The notes beneath the pieces were generated by a model. It saw nothing but the letters and a program-made list of their open reading frames with translations. It did no database searches and had not been told where the DNA came from. Shown here one piece after another: positions 27,301 through 36,932 of a stretch of DNA of 64,000 nucleotides; the first letter of the stretch is position 1; each line of letters begins with the position of its first letter. Source of the DNA: Gemmatimonas sp. (lineage in GTDB: Bacteria; Gemmatimonadota; Gemmatimonadetes; Gemmatimonadales; Gemmatimonadaceae); the NCBI GenBank assembly GCA_031414535.1, contig JANNVQ010000049.1, positions 32,001-96,000 of the forward strand. The letters are read 5' to 3'. The position numbers were made by a program, and so were the translations under genes.

Positions 27301-29877
27301 ATGTCGAACCTTGACGACTTCATTCAGCATCAAGTGGTACAGAAGGGAAAGTCAATCGATGCGGCGGTTATGGCTGCAGCAGAGCTTGTTCCCTTAGATG
27401 CTGCTCGAGCTGCCGGTGACAGGGTGCGAGCTCAAATCGAGCACGTTAGTTCGATGCCGGATCCGTTCTACATAGCAAGCGCGGAGAGATCGGACTGGTA
27501 CCCAGGCCCGCGCGCGGACGATCGGTTCTGGCCTCCATACCATAACAGTCTCGCCGGGAAAGGCTGGGCTCTAGAAGACATCAAGAATCTCGACCGAGCA
27601 AGCTCTCGTGTCATCCAATTGATGCGCTCCCCTGGTGCTTCAGCAATCTCAACGCGGGGACTAGTTGTAGGCTACGTCCAATCTGGCAAGACAGCAAATT
27701 ATGCTGCGTCAATCGCGAAGGCAGCCGATACGGGCTATCGCTTGATCATTGTGCTTGCGGGCGGAACCAATGTGCTACGCCGTCAAACACAGGAGCGACT
27801 TCATGCAGATCTCGTAAGTCATCGACCTCAAGATTGGGTCCTGTTGACAACGGACACTGACGATTTCGGTGGCAATCCCAATGCGGCCGCCGCGCTCTCG
27901 GAGAAGTCCGGCCAGAGAACCCTCGCTGTGATTAAGAAGAACAAGACTCGGATCAAGCGGTTGACCGCTTGGCTCAAGTCGGCGGGGTCCATAACTATGG
28001 CAAACTGCCCAATCTTGATTGTTGATGACGAGGCCGATCAGGCGAGCCCAAATTCGGCGATGCCAGATGCCGAGCGTACGAAGATCAACGAAGCTCTTCT
28101 GGCGCTGCTCGCCGCTGGACCGAAGGTAGCATACGTGGGATACACAGCGACGCCATTCGCCAATCTGTTGATTGATCCGTCCGATGAACATGATCTTTAT
28201 CCAAGAAGCTTCGTAGTAGATCTTCCGCGTCCAGACTCGTACTTCGGTCCGGAGAAAATTTTTGGACGCGCTCCTCTTTCAAGCGAGGATGCAGAAGCGC
28301 CGCCCGATGGTCTCGATATGATTCGTCTGATCAGTCAGCTCGACCAACAGCAACTACTGGCTGTGAATACAGGAGGCAGTAGAGACCTCCCAGCATCGCT
28401 CCGTAGGTCGCTACACTACTTCTTACTTGTTACCGCCGAGCGATATCGCCGTGGGCAGCACGATCGGCATTCCTCGATGCTTGTCCATACGAGCCAAAAG
28501 ATCTCATCTCACCAGAACATGGTGGCTCCGCTCGAACGGTGTATTAACGAGATCCGCCTCGCGCTGAAACACTCGTCGGTCGCATTGATCGAAGAGCTTA
28601 AGGACCTCTGGGAACATGAAGCGGCTCGCGTGGCTACTGAGCGCGACGGTGACCTGGGTTCCTTCGATGACATTTTGCCTCACTTTAACGCCGTGTTGTC
28701 AAAGGCGCGAGTCGTTGTCGAGAACTCCGCGTCGACGTCTCGCTTGAACTACTCGGGAAAGGGGCAGGTTGTAGTGGCTGTCGGCGGGAATGTCCTAGCG
28801 CGGGGTCTCACGCTTGAGGGGCTGAGTGTGAGCTACTTTATTCGGGCGGCATCTGCGTACGACACTTTGCTTCAAATGGGGCGATGGTTTGGATATCGCC
28901 CGGGGTACGCCGACCTGCCAAGAATTTGGATGACGGACGAGTTGCGAGGTTACTTCTTCGACCTCGGTACGGTGGAGGCTGAGATTCGCAAGGAGATCGC
29001 GCAGTACGAGCGAGTCCCGGGCATGAATCCTCTGAGCGCTGGCGTACGAATTCGCACGCACCCAAAGCTTGCGATTACCGCGAAGGCCAAGATGAGCGCA
29101 GCCGTAAAGTCGTCCATGTCGTTCCGCGGTCGTCGCTTCCAGACTACGATAATGCTGAACGCGGATCTTACCGCGCTCGAAAGGAACCTGGCTGCCACAC
29201 GGACACTCGTAGCAGCGGTCTCTGCTCAGGCGCCGTTTTCCTGGAACGGGTCTCGAAGTGCGTATTTAGCTCGAGGCGCTTCGGCCGATGTCGCTATCGC
29301 ATTCCTCGAACAGTACGACTTCGCCAAGCATCCAGAGCTCGAGAACAAGTCGCTATTGCTCAGTTATATCAAGAAGCAAGTCGAACGAGGACTGCTCGGC
29401 ACCTGGAATGTGGCCATTGCATCGCGTGCGGCAAACGCGCACGGGGTTCTTGATCTGGCATCAGTCGGCACAGTCAACATGATTCGTCGTACAAAGCATG
29501 TTCCACGATCGGGACCACTCGGTGATTCGATCGGCTCCCTCATGTCAGAGCGCGATGTCGCGATTGACTTTGCTGATTCAGTAGACGTTGGGAGCATTAA
29601 GGGCGACTTGCTCGCCGAAAGGAATCAATCTGGTACCAAGGAGTGCCTGTTGGTGTTGTATCCAATTGCTCCGAACATTTCCCCCGGAGAGAAATCGCCG
29701 GATCGCGAGCCACTGATCGCCGCCGAGGTGGTGATAGGTGTGGCCGTTGTTTTCCCCGACGTAGACGACGGCGAGCCACTCTCGTACGTGACGGTCGACC
29801 TTTCGCAGGTACCGCGCGAAAGCATAGCTTCTGCATCCGAACTGGGCATGGAAGATGAAGGCGAGGGCACTCGATGA
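27301..29877 (+). CDS. Z1-domain SF2 helicase-like ATPase (MzaB/H.CglI-like)
   Basis: GLVVGYVQSGKTANY, DDEADQAS, YVGYTATPFAN, SSMLVHTS, LARGLTLEGL, DTLLQMGRWFGYR. Confidence 0.92.
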   Translation: MSNLDDFIQHQVVQKGKSIDAAVMAAAELVPLDAARAAGDRVRAQIEHVSSMPDPFYIASAERSDWYPGPRADDRFWPPYHNSLAGKGWALEDIKNLDRASSRVIQLMRSPGASAISTRGLVVGYVQSGKTANYAASIAKAADTGYRLIIVLAGGTNVLRRQTQERLHADLVSHRPQDWVLLTTDTDDFGGNPNAAAALSEKSGQRTLAVIKKNKTRIKRLTAWLKSAGSITMANCPILIVDDEADQASPNSAMPDAERTKINEALLALLAAGPKVAYVGYTATPFANLLIDPSDEHDLYPRSFVVDLPRPDSYFGPEKIFGRAPLSSEDAEAPPDGLDMIRLISQLDQQQLLAVNTGGSRDLPASLRRSLHYFLLVTAERYRRGQHDRHSSMLVHTSQKISSHQNMVAPLERCINEIRLALKHSSVALIEELKDLWEHEAARVATERDGDLGSFDDILPHFNAVLSKARVVVENSASTSRLNYSGKGQVVVAVGGNVLARGLTLEGLSVSYFIRAASAYDTLLQMGRWFGYRPGYADLPRIWMTDELRGYFFDLGTVEAEIRKEIAQYERVPGMNPLSAGVRIRTHPKLAITAKAKMSAAVKSSMSFRGRRFQTTIMLNADLTALERNLAATRTLVAAVSAQAPFSWNGSRSAYLARGASADVAIAFLEQYDFAKHPELENKSLLLSYIKKQVERGLLGTWNVAIASRAANAHGVLDLASVGTVNMIRRTKHVPRSGPLGDSIGSLMSERDVAIDFADSVDVGSIKGDLLAERNQSGTKECLLVLYPIAPNISPGEKSPDREPLIAAEVVIGVAVVFPDVDDGEPLSYVTVDLSQVPRESIASASELGMEDEGEGTR

Positions 29878-30860
29878 AGTCCTTCTTAGACGCGCAATGG
29901 TCCACGCTGTTGCAGCACCCACAGATGCACGGCAAGCTGCGGACGATTGGGGTCGGAAAGAGCACTAAGTATGGCGACGTACAATTGGCGCTCGATTACT
30001 CAGGACGTCGTGCCGTGCTCATTCCCGTTGCGCCGGATGGCCCGCGCGCGCTGGACACGATCAGTCGGGGCATTCATGTACTTGAGTGGGACAATGACGC
30101 ACCGGAGAGGCGGCGGCGCACCGTACTGATTCGGTGCGAATCTGCTGAGTACTGGGCGGTCTTTAACGACTTTCTCTCCGTACTACTTGATAACCTCTCA
30201 CAATACGGTGAGCACCCCAGTTCCCTTCTAGCGGAGTGGCGAGCGGCACTCGCTTCGCAAGGAGTTAAGTACTCCCGCGAAGATATCCTCGGTCTGTGGG
30301 GAGAACTGAGAATGCTTGTCGAGCTTCAGAAGGCTGGAGAAGTGTCGCTTTCCGCGTGGACAGCGATGGACCGCTCTCTAAAGGACTTCACGTTTCGGAA
30401 CGCGCTAATTGAGGTAAAGACCACAACAACCACCTCGCCCAGACGCGTACACATTTCAGGAATCGAGCAATTGGAGTCTGTGCCCGGTCGCGAGTTGTTT
30501 CTCGCTGTCTTTCTAGTTGACACCGATCCGACTGCCAGTTCAGTACCGGATTTGGTTGCCGAGGTTCTCTCCGGAGGTGCACCGCTAGAACAGCTCAACG
30601 CAGCGCTGAATGCAAGAGGGTTTGAACCGGAGGACCTCCGTTCTGAGCCATTCATTTCATTGAAGCTCCGTCTCCGCAATCAGGCGCTCTGGAAAGTCAC
30701 CAACCAGTTCCCAGCGATCACACGATCTTCATTAGTTGGCGGTCTTCCGACCGGCGTCCTGTCTATGAGTTACGAAGTAAGCTTGGAATCGATCTGGTCC
30801 ACTCAGGTTGAGCAATCTTTAGTAGCAGACACCCTTCGCGGGATTGTGAATGCGACTTGA
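29874..30860 (+). CDS. DUF4420-type PD-(D/E)XK motif protein (MzaC-like)
   Basis: GLWGEL, KDF...IEVKTT, VHISGIEQL, FPAIT. ATGA overlap with the Z1 gene. Confidence 0.85.
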   Translation: MKSFLDAQWSTLLQHPQMHGKLRTIGVGKSTKYGDVQLALDYSGRRAVLIPVAPDGPRALDTISRGIHVLEWDNDAPERRRRTVLIRCESAEYWAVFNDFLSVLLDNLSQYGEHPSSLLAEWRAALASQGVKYSREDILGLWGELRMLVELQKAGEVSLSAWTAMDRSLKDFTFRNALIEVKTTTTTSPRRVHISGIEQLESVPGRELFLAVFLVDTDPTASSVPDLVAEVLSGGAPLEQLNAALNARGFEPEDLRSEPFISLKLRLRNQALWKVTNQFPAITRSSLVGGLPTGVLSMSYEVSLESIWSTQVEQSLVADTLRGIVNAT

Positions 30861-32709
30861 TCTTCAGTCAGAGCCCTACAGTCCTCTCGGTAACGTCACG
30901 GGTCGCGGAGTAACACGCGCGCTCGGCCGGCCAAACCTCCCTCTGCTTGCGGTTCTGGTAAGAGAAACAGTTCAGAATAGTTTGGATGCGCGTAAGCCGC
31001 GCTCAAAAGAGATCGAATTCTCAATTGATGCTCGCAGTCATGACAAGGCAACACTTCGCGCATTTCGACAAGTGTTTGCGGCTGCGAAGGACAATGACAC
31101 CCTTCCGCTTTCTAGCCTGTTCACGGAAAGCACAATCACGACTCTAACGATCGGCGACACTGGGACAAAGGGGCTTGATGGCCCCACAAGAGCAGACAAA
31201 GCTTTTGACGAGAGCGAGCGCAACTTCGTCGACTTTTTCCGAAATGTTGGAGAAGCGCCTTCGACACTCGGCACAGGTGGCACGTACGGATATGGAAAGG
31301 CAGTGCTCTTCCTGGCGAGCCGCCTGAGTACGGTGCTTGTCTATACGCGAACCGTTTGTGAAGGGATCCCTGAATCTCGCTTGATGGGCATGTCGCTTCA
31401 CGAGGCGAAGAATGCGCGAGCGCGGGTGGCGGGGCGCCTCACCGGGCGTCACTGGTGGGGAAAGCGCGCAAGAGACGGAGTCGTTGATCCGGTACGAGGG
31501 GACGTTGCTGACAAGCTCGCAGCTGAGCTGGGATTCAGATCCTTCGGCGTGGGATCTGGATCCCAAGTAATGATCCTTGAGCCGCGTTTCGACGGTAGTG
31601 ACCTTCGCACTGAGGTCGAAGCTCTCAATGAGCATGCGCTGCTCTATGCTTGGCCCTGGACCTGCGGACTCGGAAGAAGCAAGGCGAAACTGAAGCTTGT
31701 GAGCACGGTTAATAATTTGGAGCTGCAGACTCCGGCAATTGAGGACTACCCTGCTTTGATTGAGATGCGTGAGGCCCTCAAGGTCGCTACCGGACAGGGT
31801 GAAGCTACAGCGGGCGCGGGACTCCTTACTCAGCACATTGAATCGCAACGACCCGCGAAACGACTAGGTACGATTTCGCTCCGGAAATTCTTTCGAACCG
31901 AACGTGGAAGCTTACCGAAGGCAGCCGCATGGGCAGCTGGTGGTATTTCGCGTCACGTGGCTTGGATGCGTGCAGCCAGGCTTGTAGTACGCTATGCCGA
32001 GGGTCCGGAGCCCGCTTCGCCGGATATTGAGTATGCCGGAGTTTTCTGCGTTTCCTCTGATGATGAAGTTGAGCGAGCATTTGCGGACGCGGAGCCACCG
32101 ACGCACGACGACTGGCATCCCGACTTCGTTGAGGATCGGCGCCAGCAGACGCTGGTGCGGGTGGGCGTTCGTCGAATCGGAGAGGCTGTCGATCAGTACA
32201 TTCATCCTTCTCGAACAAACAGTGTCTCGAGCTCTGGAGAGTCTGCGGCCTGGTTCTCCGCTGGTCTCGCAGGCCTGTTGCCATCAGTGGCTGGTGAGGG
32301 ACCTGGTCCACGGGTTCGACAGACTTCTACTTCGCGTGGGTCCGGCGGCGCGGGATCGCGTGTTGCAATTCCACTCGAGTTCACAGGCCAGCAAATCTGG
32401 ACTGCTTCTGAGCACGGAGCCGATGTCGCGTTGAGGTATAGGCGTACCCGCGGGAGTGAGTCGACGACCGCCGTTGTTGAAGCGCATCCTGCGGTTCTCG
32501 TCGGAGAAGGCTCGGACATTGAAACTGATGCCCCCGCACTTTCAGAGAGAGCGGTTGTGCTCGGATGGTACACGGACGCTGTTGAACCGATTTCCGCTTC
32601 AGGAAGGCTCGAGCTGGAGCACTTCAGTGATCAGGAGTTTTGGCTAAGAGTTCGCGCGCCTGTTGACGCAGCTGTGACCGTTCGACTCGCTCTGGCGGTG
32701 CCCGAGTGA
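30850..32709 (+). CDS. GHKL (MORC/paraMORC-like) ATPase
   Basis: N-box RETVQNSLDA, G1 IGDTGTKGLDG, G2 GGTYGYGK, and a later EPPTHDDW motif. Confidence 0.75.
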   Translation: MRLDLQSEPYSPLGNVTGRGVTRALGRPNLPLLAVLVRETVQNSLDARKPRSKEIEFSIDARSHDKATLRAFRQVFAAAKDNDTLPLSSLFTESTITTLTIGDTGTKGLDGPTRADKAFDESERNFVDFFRNVGEAPSTLGTGGTYGYGKAVLFLASRLSTVLVYTRTVCEGIPESRLMGMSLHEAKNARARVAGRLTGRHWWGKRARDGVVDPVRGDVADKLAAELGFRSFGVGSGSQVMILEPRFDGSDLRTEVEALNEHALLYAWPWTCGLGRSKAKLKLVSTVNNLELQTPAIEDYPALIEMREALKVATGQGEATAGAGLLTQHIESQRPAKRLGTISLRKFFRTERGSLPKAAAWAAGGISRHVAWMRAARLVVRYAEGPEPASPDIEYAGVFCVSSDDEVERAFADAEPPTHDDWHPDFVEDRRQQTLVRVGVRRIGEAVDQYIHPSRTNSVSSSGESAAWFSAGLAGLLPSVAGEGPGPRVRQTSTSRGSGGAGSRVAIPLEFTGQQIWTASEHGADVALRYRRTRGSESTTAVVEAHPAVLVGEGSDIETDAPALSERAVVLGWYTDAVEPISASGRLELEHFSDQEFWLRVRAPVDAAVTVRLALAVPE

Positions 32710-33596
32710 AGACACCTGTCATACGCCCTTATCCAACTCCGGCAGTCGAAACCGTGAGAGCTGATGCGTGGGACGTCTTCATAGACGGAGTCGTTCAAAC
32801 TGGGGAGTTCTTGACCACCTATACACCAACTTGCACGATCAGCGCGCGTCGACGATTGCGCATTGACATGCAGGATGTCATCTCCGTCTGTGGAATCAAT
32901 GACGCACGGTCGCTAGCCGTGCTGGTAACGTGGTACTCGTCGGGAACCGCGATACGAGGGCGAAAAATCGAGAACATTGAGTTGACAGAGAATGCCGCGT
33001 TGCACGAGGCGAGTTGTGAGTTGGCCGGCTCCGAGGTCGCTGACAAACTTGAACTTCGAACGCGACTTGTTGTTCGAACTGCCATAGCCCCCTTGAATGG
33101 TTCTCCAGGGTTCCCTGAGGGAGCTGTTCTTTGGGACGACGTCGTTCGCCTCAATGTAAGTGGAGCCGGCGCTCAGTTCCCAGTCGAGATTATCGACTTT
33201 GCAGAAGCTCACTTGCCAGAGCGAGCTGCTTGGTACTTGGATTGGAGCGAGCGTCAATGGGAACGACCGCTTCTAGGTCACGTGCGGTTGCTGGTTAATC
33301 GAACCGCAACTAGAGTCGCGACGGCATCTACGTCTCCGGAACCGACCCCTGAAGACAAGATGATACTTCGAATGATTCAGGTGGATGTTGCTCGGACATT
33401 GATTGAGAGCGCTTTGGCTGACCCAGAGTTTATCAATCAGCAAGAGTGGGAAGAGGATTCGACTGGCGGAATTGTATCGCTTCTCATCAACGGAATCTTC
33501 GGGGATCTTCAAACCGCTTCTCAAATCCGTTCTCGCTCAAACTCGGATCTCGCTGCTGCCATACAGAGCGGCACCGGCGCTAATTGGAGGTTTTAG
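32706..33596 (+). CDS. Hypothetical protein of the Z1/GHKL/Dcm operon
   Basis: 296-aa ORF overlapping both neighbours; beta-rich N-terminus; no motif recognised. Confidence 0.75.
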   Translation: MKTPVIRPYPTPAVETVRADAWDVFIDGVVQTGEFLTTYTPTCTISARRRLRIDMQDVISVCGINDARSLAVLVTWYSSGTAIRGRKIENIELTENAALHEASCELAGSEVADKLELRTRLVVRTAIAPLNGSPGFPEGAVLWDDVVRLNVSGAGAQFPVEIIDFAEAHLPERAAWYLDWSERQWERPLLGHVRLLVNRTATRVATASTSPEPTPEDKMILRMIQVDVARTLIESALADPEFINQQEWEEDSTGGIVSLLINGIFGDLQTASQIRSRSNSDLAAAIQSGTGANWRF

Positions 33597-34372
33597 TGCA
33601 TCGTTATCCGCAGCTACTCAGGCCGAGTGCGAGAGCTCTAATCTCCGAATTGAGCACGCTCAGCGTGACCGACGCCGCGGCTCGTGCGTCGGTTGAGCAC
33701 CGCGCGTCGGTGTACTCCCCGCTTGGAAATCCGCGTGTTCCGGCGGACTCGCTTGGGTCATTTCGTCAGCGGATGCTTACTGCCGCGCGAACCCACGGAT
33801 ACCCCGACCGGCATCCGAAACGGAGTTCTGTGCGCGACGTGGACGGTGCTTTGCTCGCCGTGACCGCGACCTCGTTGGCGATGAGTGCGCATGAGTCGAC
33901 ACACCCCGGGGTTTGGGAATTTTTGTCATGTGTTTTACTCCCCGACATTGTGATCTGGCGGTTTGGTGGCGAGTCGGGTGGCGTAAGCCTTGATCGCTTC
34001 ATGGCGGGGCGCAGGAACGCGATCGAAAGGCTTTGGCGTCGACAGCAATTTCTCGGTAGTAGGATTGGAGACTCTAACGACTATTCTCTCATTCAGGTTC
34101 TGTCTGAAGACGAGCTCGTGCAAATCATGGAGCGACCACGGCTCGTCGGCCACAGAGAACTGTTGCGCGCTGTCGTCTCTGCAACTGTTGATAGCCAGGC
34201 ACGGGACAGATTTGGACGTGACCTGCTTCGCGACGTCCAGAAGCGAGTACTCCGTGCGACTTCAATTGTCTGCGTGGAAGCGCTAAGCGCTCAAGGGGTC
34301 TCGGACCTCGCTTCTAACCTGGTGCGATCGTCGATCTCCGCGCTCGAGAAATTGAATGCTGCCAAGACGTGA
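33584..34372 (+). CDS. Hypothetical protein, DUF6339-like
   Basis: GVWEFL...LPDIVIWRF, RNAIERLWRR, EDELVQIMERP. Confidence 0.65.
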   Translation: MEVLVHRYPQLLRPSARALISELSTLSVTDAAARASVEHRASVYSPLGNPRVPADSLGSFRQRMLTAARTHGYPDRHPKRSSVRDVDGALLAVTATSLAMSAHESTHPGVWEFLSCVLLPDIVIWRFGGESGGVSLDRFMAGRRNAIERLWRRQQFLGSRIGDSNDYSLIQVLSEDELVQIMERPRLVGHRELLRAVVSATVDSQARDRFGRDLLRDVQKRVLRATSIVCVEALSAQGVSDLASNLVRSSISALEKLNAAKT

Positions 34373-34413
34373 ACGTCGATCGTTGCATTCGAAATGTGTG
34401 GTGATGGCTCATG

Positions 34414-34441
34414 TTGACTGATTGTTTGTTTGGCTTATATT
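34414..34441 (+). promoter_or_regulatory. Putative separate sigma70 promoter of the methyltransferase
   Basis: TTGACT-16bp-TATATT in the 110-bp gap before the methyltransferase. Confidence 0.5.
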
Positions 34442-34482
34442 CGGGCTAGGGAATCCACCAGTTAATCCAGCGAGTACCAAAA

Positions 34483-35547
34483 GTGCGATTTGGAGAGCTC
34501 TTTTGCGGTCCAGGCGGAATGAGTCAGGGCCTGAAGGTCGCAGCTCGCGAACTGGGTGTAGCCGTCACGCACTCGTGGGCGGTGGACATTGATGCAGACG
34601 CTACTGCCACGTTCAAGCAAAATTTTCCGGCGGCCAAGGTCTTAACTCGGGACATTCGGCGACTCGACTTGTCTGATTTATCAGAAGTCGATGGAATGGC
34701 CTTTGGCTTCCCCTGCAACGACTTCAGCTTAGTTGGTCAGCAGCGAGGAACACGCGGTGATTTCGGCCCGCTGTACTCTTACTGCGTCAGTGCCGTCGAG
34801 CGTTTTCAGCCAAAGTGGTTCGTTGCAGAAAATGTCGGGGGAATTCGAAGCGCAAACTCTGGAGTGGCTTTCGAGGAGATTCTGGGTTCTTTCGTCGGGC
34901 TCGGGTATCGGCTGACTCCGCATCTCTTCAAGTTTGAGAATTACGGTGTGCCTCAGCGGCGGCATCGGGTGTTGATTGTTGGAATTCGAAGCGATCTGGG
35001 CATGCGTTTCAAGGTGCCAGCTACGATTCCCGGCTTTCGTTCCGCCCAACAAGCACTTGAGGAGCCACCCATTGCGAGTGATGCACCGAATCACGAACTG
35101 ACTCGTCAGGCGCCGCACGTCGTGGCACGGCTGGAAGCGCTGGGGCCGGGAGAGAATGCATTCTCTGAGAGCTTGCCCGTTGAGCATCGCCTGAACATCA
35201 AGGGTGCGACAATAAGCCAGATCTATCGGCGCTTAAGTCCCGGCGTTCCGGCTTACACGGTCACGGGAAGCGGGGGGGGTGGCACTCACGTATATCACTG
35301 GAGCGAACCCAGGGCGCTGACTAATCGGGAGCGCGCACGCCTTCAGTCGTTCGAGGATGACTACGAGTTTATTGGAAGCAAAGAATCGGTGCGTCGCCAG
35401 ATTGGAATGGCCGTACCGCCTGTGGGGGCAGCGGCAGTTTACAAAGCGCTCCTCATGACGATGCGTGCTGAACCATATGATTTTGTGGAGCCTAGTCTTG
35501 GGGCCAAGTACAGCTCTCTAATTGAGCAGTTGGAGATCTGCTATTAG
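34483..35547 (+). CDS. dcm: DNA (cytosine-5) methyltransferase
   Basis: Motif I LFCGPGG, IV GFPCND, VI ENVGG, VIII PQRRHR, IX RERARLQSF, X QIGMAVPP. Confidence 0.96.
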   Translation: MRFGELFCGPGGMSQGLKVAARELGVAVTHSWAVDIDADATATFKQNFPAAKVLTRDIRRLDLSDLSEVDGMAFGFPCNDFSLVGQQRGTRGDFGPLYSYCVSAVERFQPKWFVAENVGGIRSANSGVAFEEILGSFVGLGYRLTPHLFKFENYGVPQRRHRVLIVGIRSDLGMRFKVPATIPGFRSAQQALEEPPIASDAPNHELTRQAPHVVARLEALGPGENAFSESLPVEHRLNIKGATISQIYRRLSPGVPAYTVTGSGGGGTHVYHWSEPRALTNRERARLQSFEDDYEFIGSKESVRRQIGMAVPPVGAAAVYKALLMTMRAEPYDFVEPSLGAKYSSLIEQLEICY

Positions 35548-35581
35548 CGAATGGGGTCGCGGTCAGGCGGGAGATATATTA

Positions 35582-36909
35582 GGGCCTATCCGGAATTCTG
35601 TGTGTGAGGCCATACTCACCCTGAAGGAGGGACGATGGCCAGACCGAAAGAGGAGTTCCCCACGTTTGACCCGGCGGCGCTGGACGCGCTGATTGGGGAT
35701 GCGCGCTCGCCGGAGGATTTCACCGCCGTGATGCGCGCGTTGCAGAAGCGGCTCGCCGAGCGGATGCTGGCCGGCGAGCTGACGGCGCACCTGGGTTACG
35801 GGCCCGGCGAGGAGAAGCCCGCGGGGCAGACGAATCATCGCAACGGCGCGACGCCGAAGACGGTGCTGACCGAGACGGGCGCCGTGCCGCTGGAGATCCC
35901 GCGCGACCGCGAGGGCACGTTCCGGCCGCAGCTCGTACCGACGGGCGTGCGGCGCCTGCCGCAGTTCGATGCGAATGTGCTGTCGCTCTACGCGCGGGGC
36001 GTGAGCGTGCGCGAGATCCAGGCGCATCTGGAGCAGCTGTATCAGGTGGAGATTGCGCCGAGCGTCATCAGCGTCATCACCGACGAGGTGGTGGCCGAGG
36101 TGCAGGCGTGGCAGCAGCGGCCGCTCGAGCGGATGTATCCGGTCGTCATCTTCGATGCGCTGCGTGTGAAGATCCGCGACGAGGGCACGGTGCGGAACAA
36201 GGCCGTCTACCTCGCGCTCGGCGTGGACCGCGAGGGGCACAAGGAGGTGCTGGGGCTCTGGATCGAGCAGACGGAAGGCGCGGGCTTCTGGTTGCGCGTG
36301 ATGAGCGAGCTGAAGGCGCGCGGCGTCGACGACATCCTGGTGGCGCTCGTCGATGGGCTCGTCGGCTTCCCGGACGCCATCACGACCGTCTTCCCGCAGG
36401 CGCAGGTGCATCACTGCGTGGTGCATCTCGTGCGGCAGAGCCTCGCGTACGCGAACTGGAAGGACCGCAAGGCGGTCAGCGGGACGCTGCGCGCCATCTA
36501 CCGTGCGCCCACCGAGGCCGCGGCGGGGCAGGCGCTCGACGCCTTCGCGGCGGGCCCGTGGGGCACCAAGTACCCGGCCATCACGGCGCTCTGGCGGCGG
36601 CACTGGCCGCACGTCGTGCCGGTCTTCGCGTACCCGCCCGAGATCCGGCGGCTGCTCTACACGACGAACGCCATCGAGAGCCTGCACATGCAGCTCCGGA
36701 AGATCGTGAAGACCCGCGGCCACTTCCCGACCGACGAAGCCGCGGCCAAGTTGCTCTATCTCGCGCTGCGCAACATCCAAGCGAAGTGGAAGCGCGGGAA
36801 TCACGCCTGGAAGGCCGCGATGCCGTATCTCGGGATGCTGTTTGGGACGCGCTTCAGCGATCATGCGTGATCACCACGACGCCTCACACACAGAAATCCG
36901 TACAGGCCC
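35582..36909 (+). mobile_element. IS256-family insertion sequence with 29-bp imperfect TIRs and 8-bp target site duplication ATATATTA
   Basis: Left end gggcctatccggaattctgtgtgtgaggc; right end (reverse complement) gggcctgtacggatttctgtgtgtgaggc. ATATATTA at 35574-35581 and 36910-36917. Confidence 0.95.
35635..36870 (+). CDS. IS256-family (Mutator-type) DDE transposase
   Basis: NHRNG, IPRDREGTFRP, YPVVIFDA, DGLVGF, CVVHLVR, YTTNAIES. Confidence 0.96.
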   Translation: MARPKEEFPTFDPAALDALIGDARSPEDFTAVMRALQKRLAERMLAGELTAHLGYGPGEEKPAGQTNHRNGATPKTVLTETGAVPLEIPRDREGTFRPQLVPTGVRRLPQFDANVLSLYARGVSVREIQAHLEQLYQVEIAPSVISVITDEVVAEVQAWQQRPLERMYPVVIFDALRVKIRDEGTVRNKAVYLALGVDREGHKEVLGLWIEQTEGAGFWLRVMSELKARGVDDILVALVDGLVGFPDAITTVFPQAQVHHCVVHLVRQSLAYANWKDRKAVSGTLRAIYRAPTEAAAGQALDAFAAGPWGTKYPAITALWRRHWPHVVPVFAYPPEIRRLLYTTNAIESLHMQLRKIVKTRGHFPTDEAAAKLLYLALRNIQAKWKRGNHAWKAAMPYLGMLFGTRFSDHA

Positions 36910-36916
36910 ATATATT

Positions 36917-36932
36917 ATCTTACTACTAAGAT
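36917..36932. promoter_or_regulatory. Putative MarR operator ATCTTA-N4-TAAGAT overlapping the marR start; second copy at 37453-37468
   Basis: Inverted repeat. gccttagtagtgagac upstream of the dioxygenase matches its reverse complement at 12/16. Confidence 0.6.

Noticed and set aside
25103..35573. Island as a prophage or ICE
   Set aside because: No integrase, tRNA/att repeats, or phage or conjugation genes seen.
35563..36864. 433-aa minus-strand ORF
   Set aside because: Antisense shadow of the IS256 transposase, caused by high-GC codon bias; no motifs.
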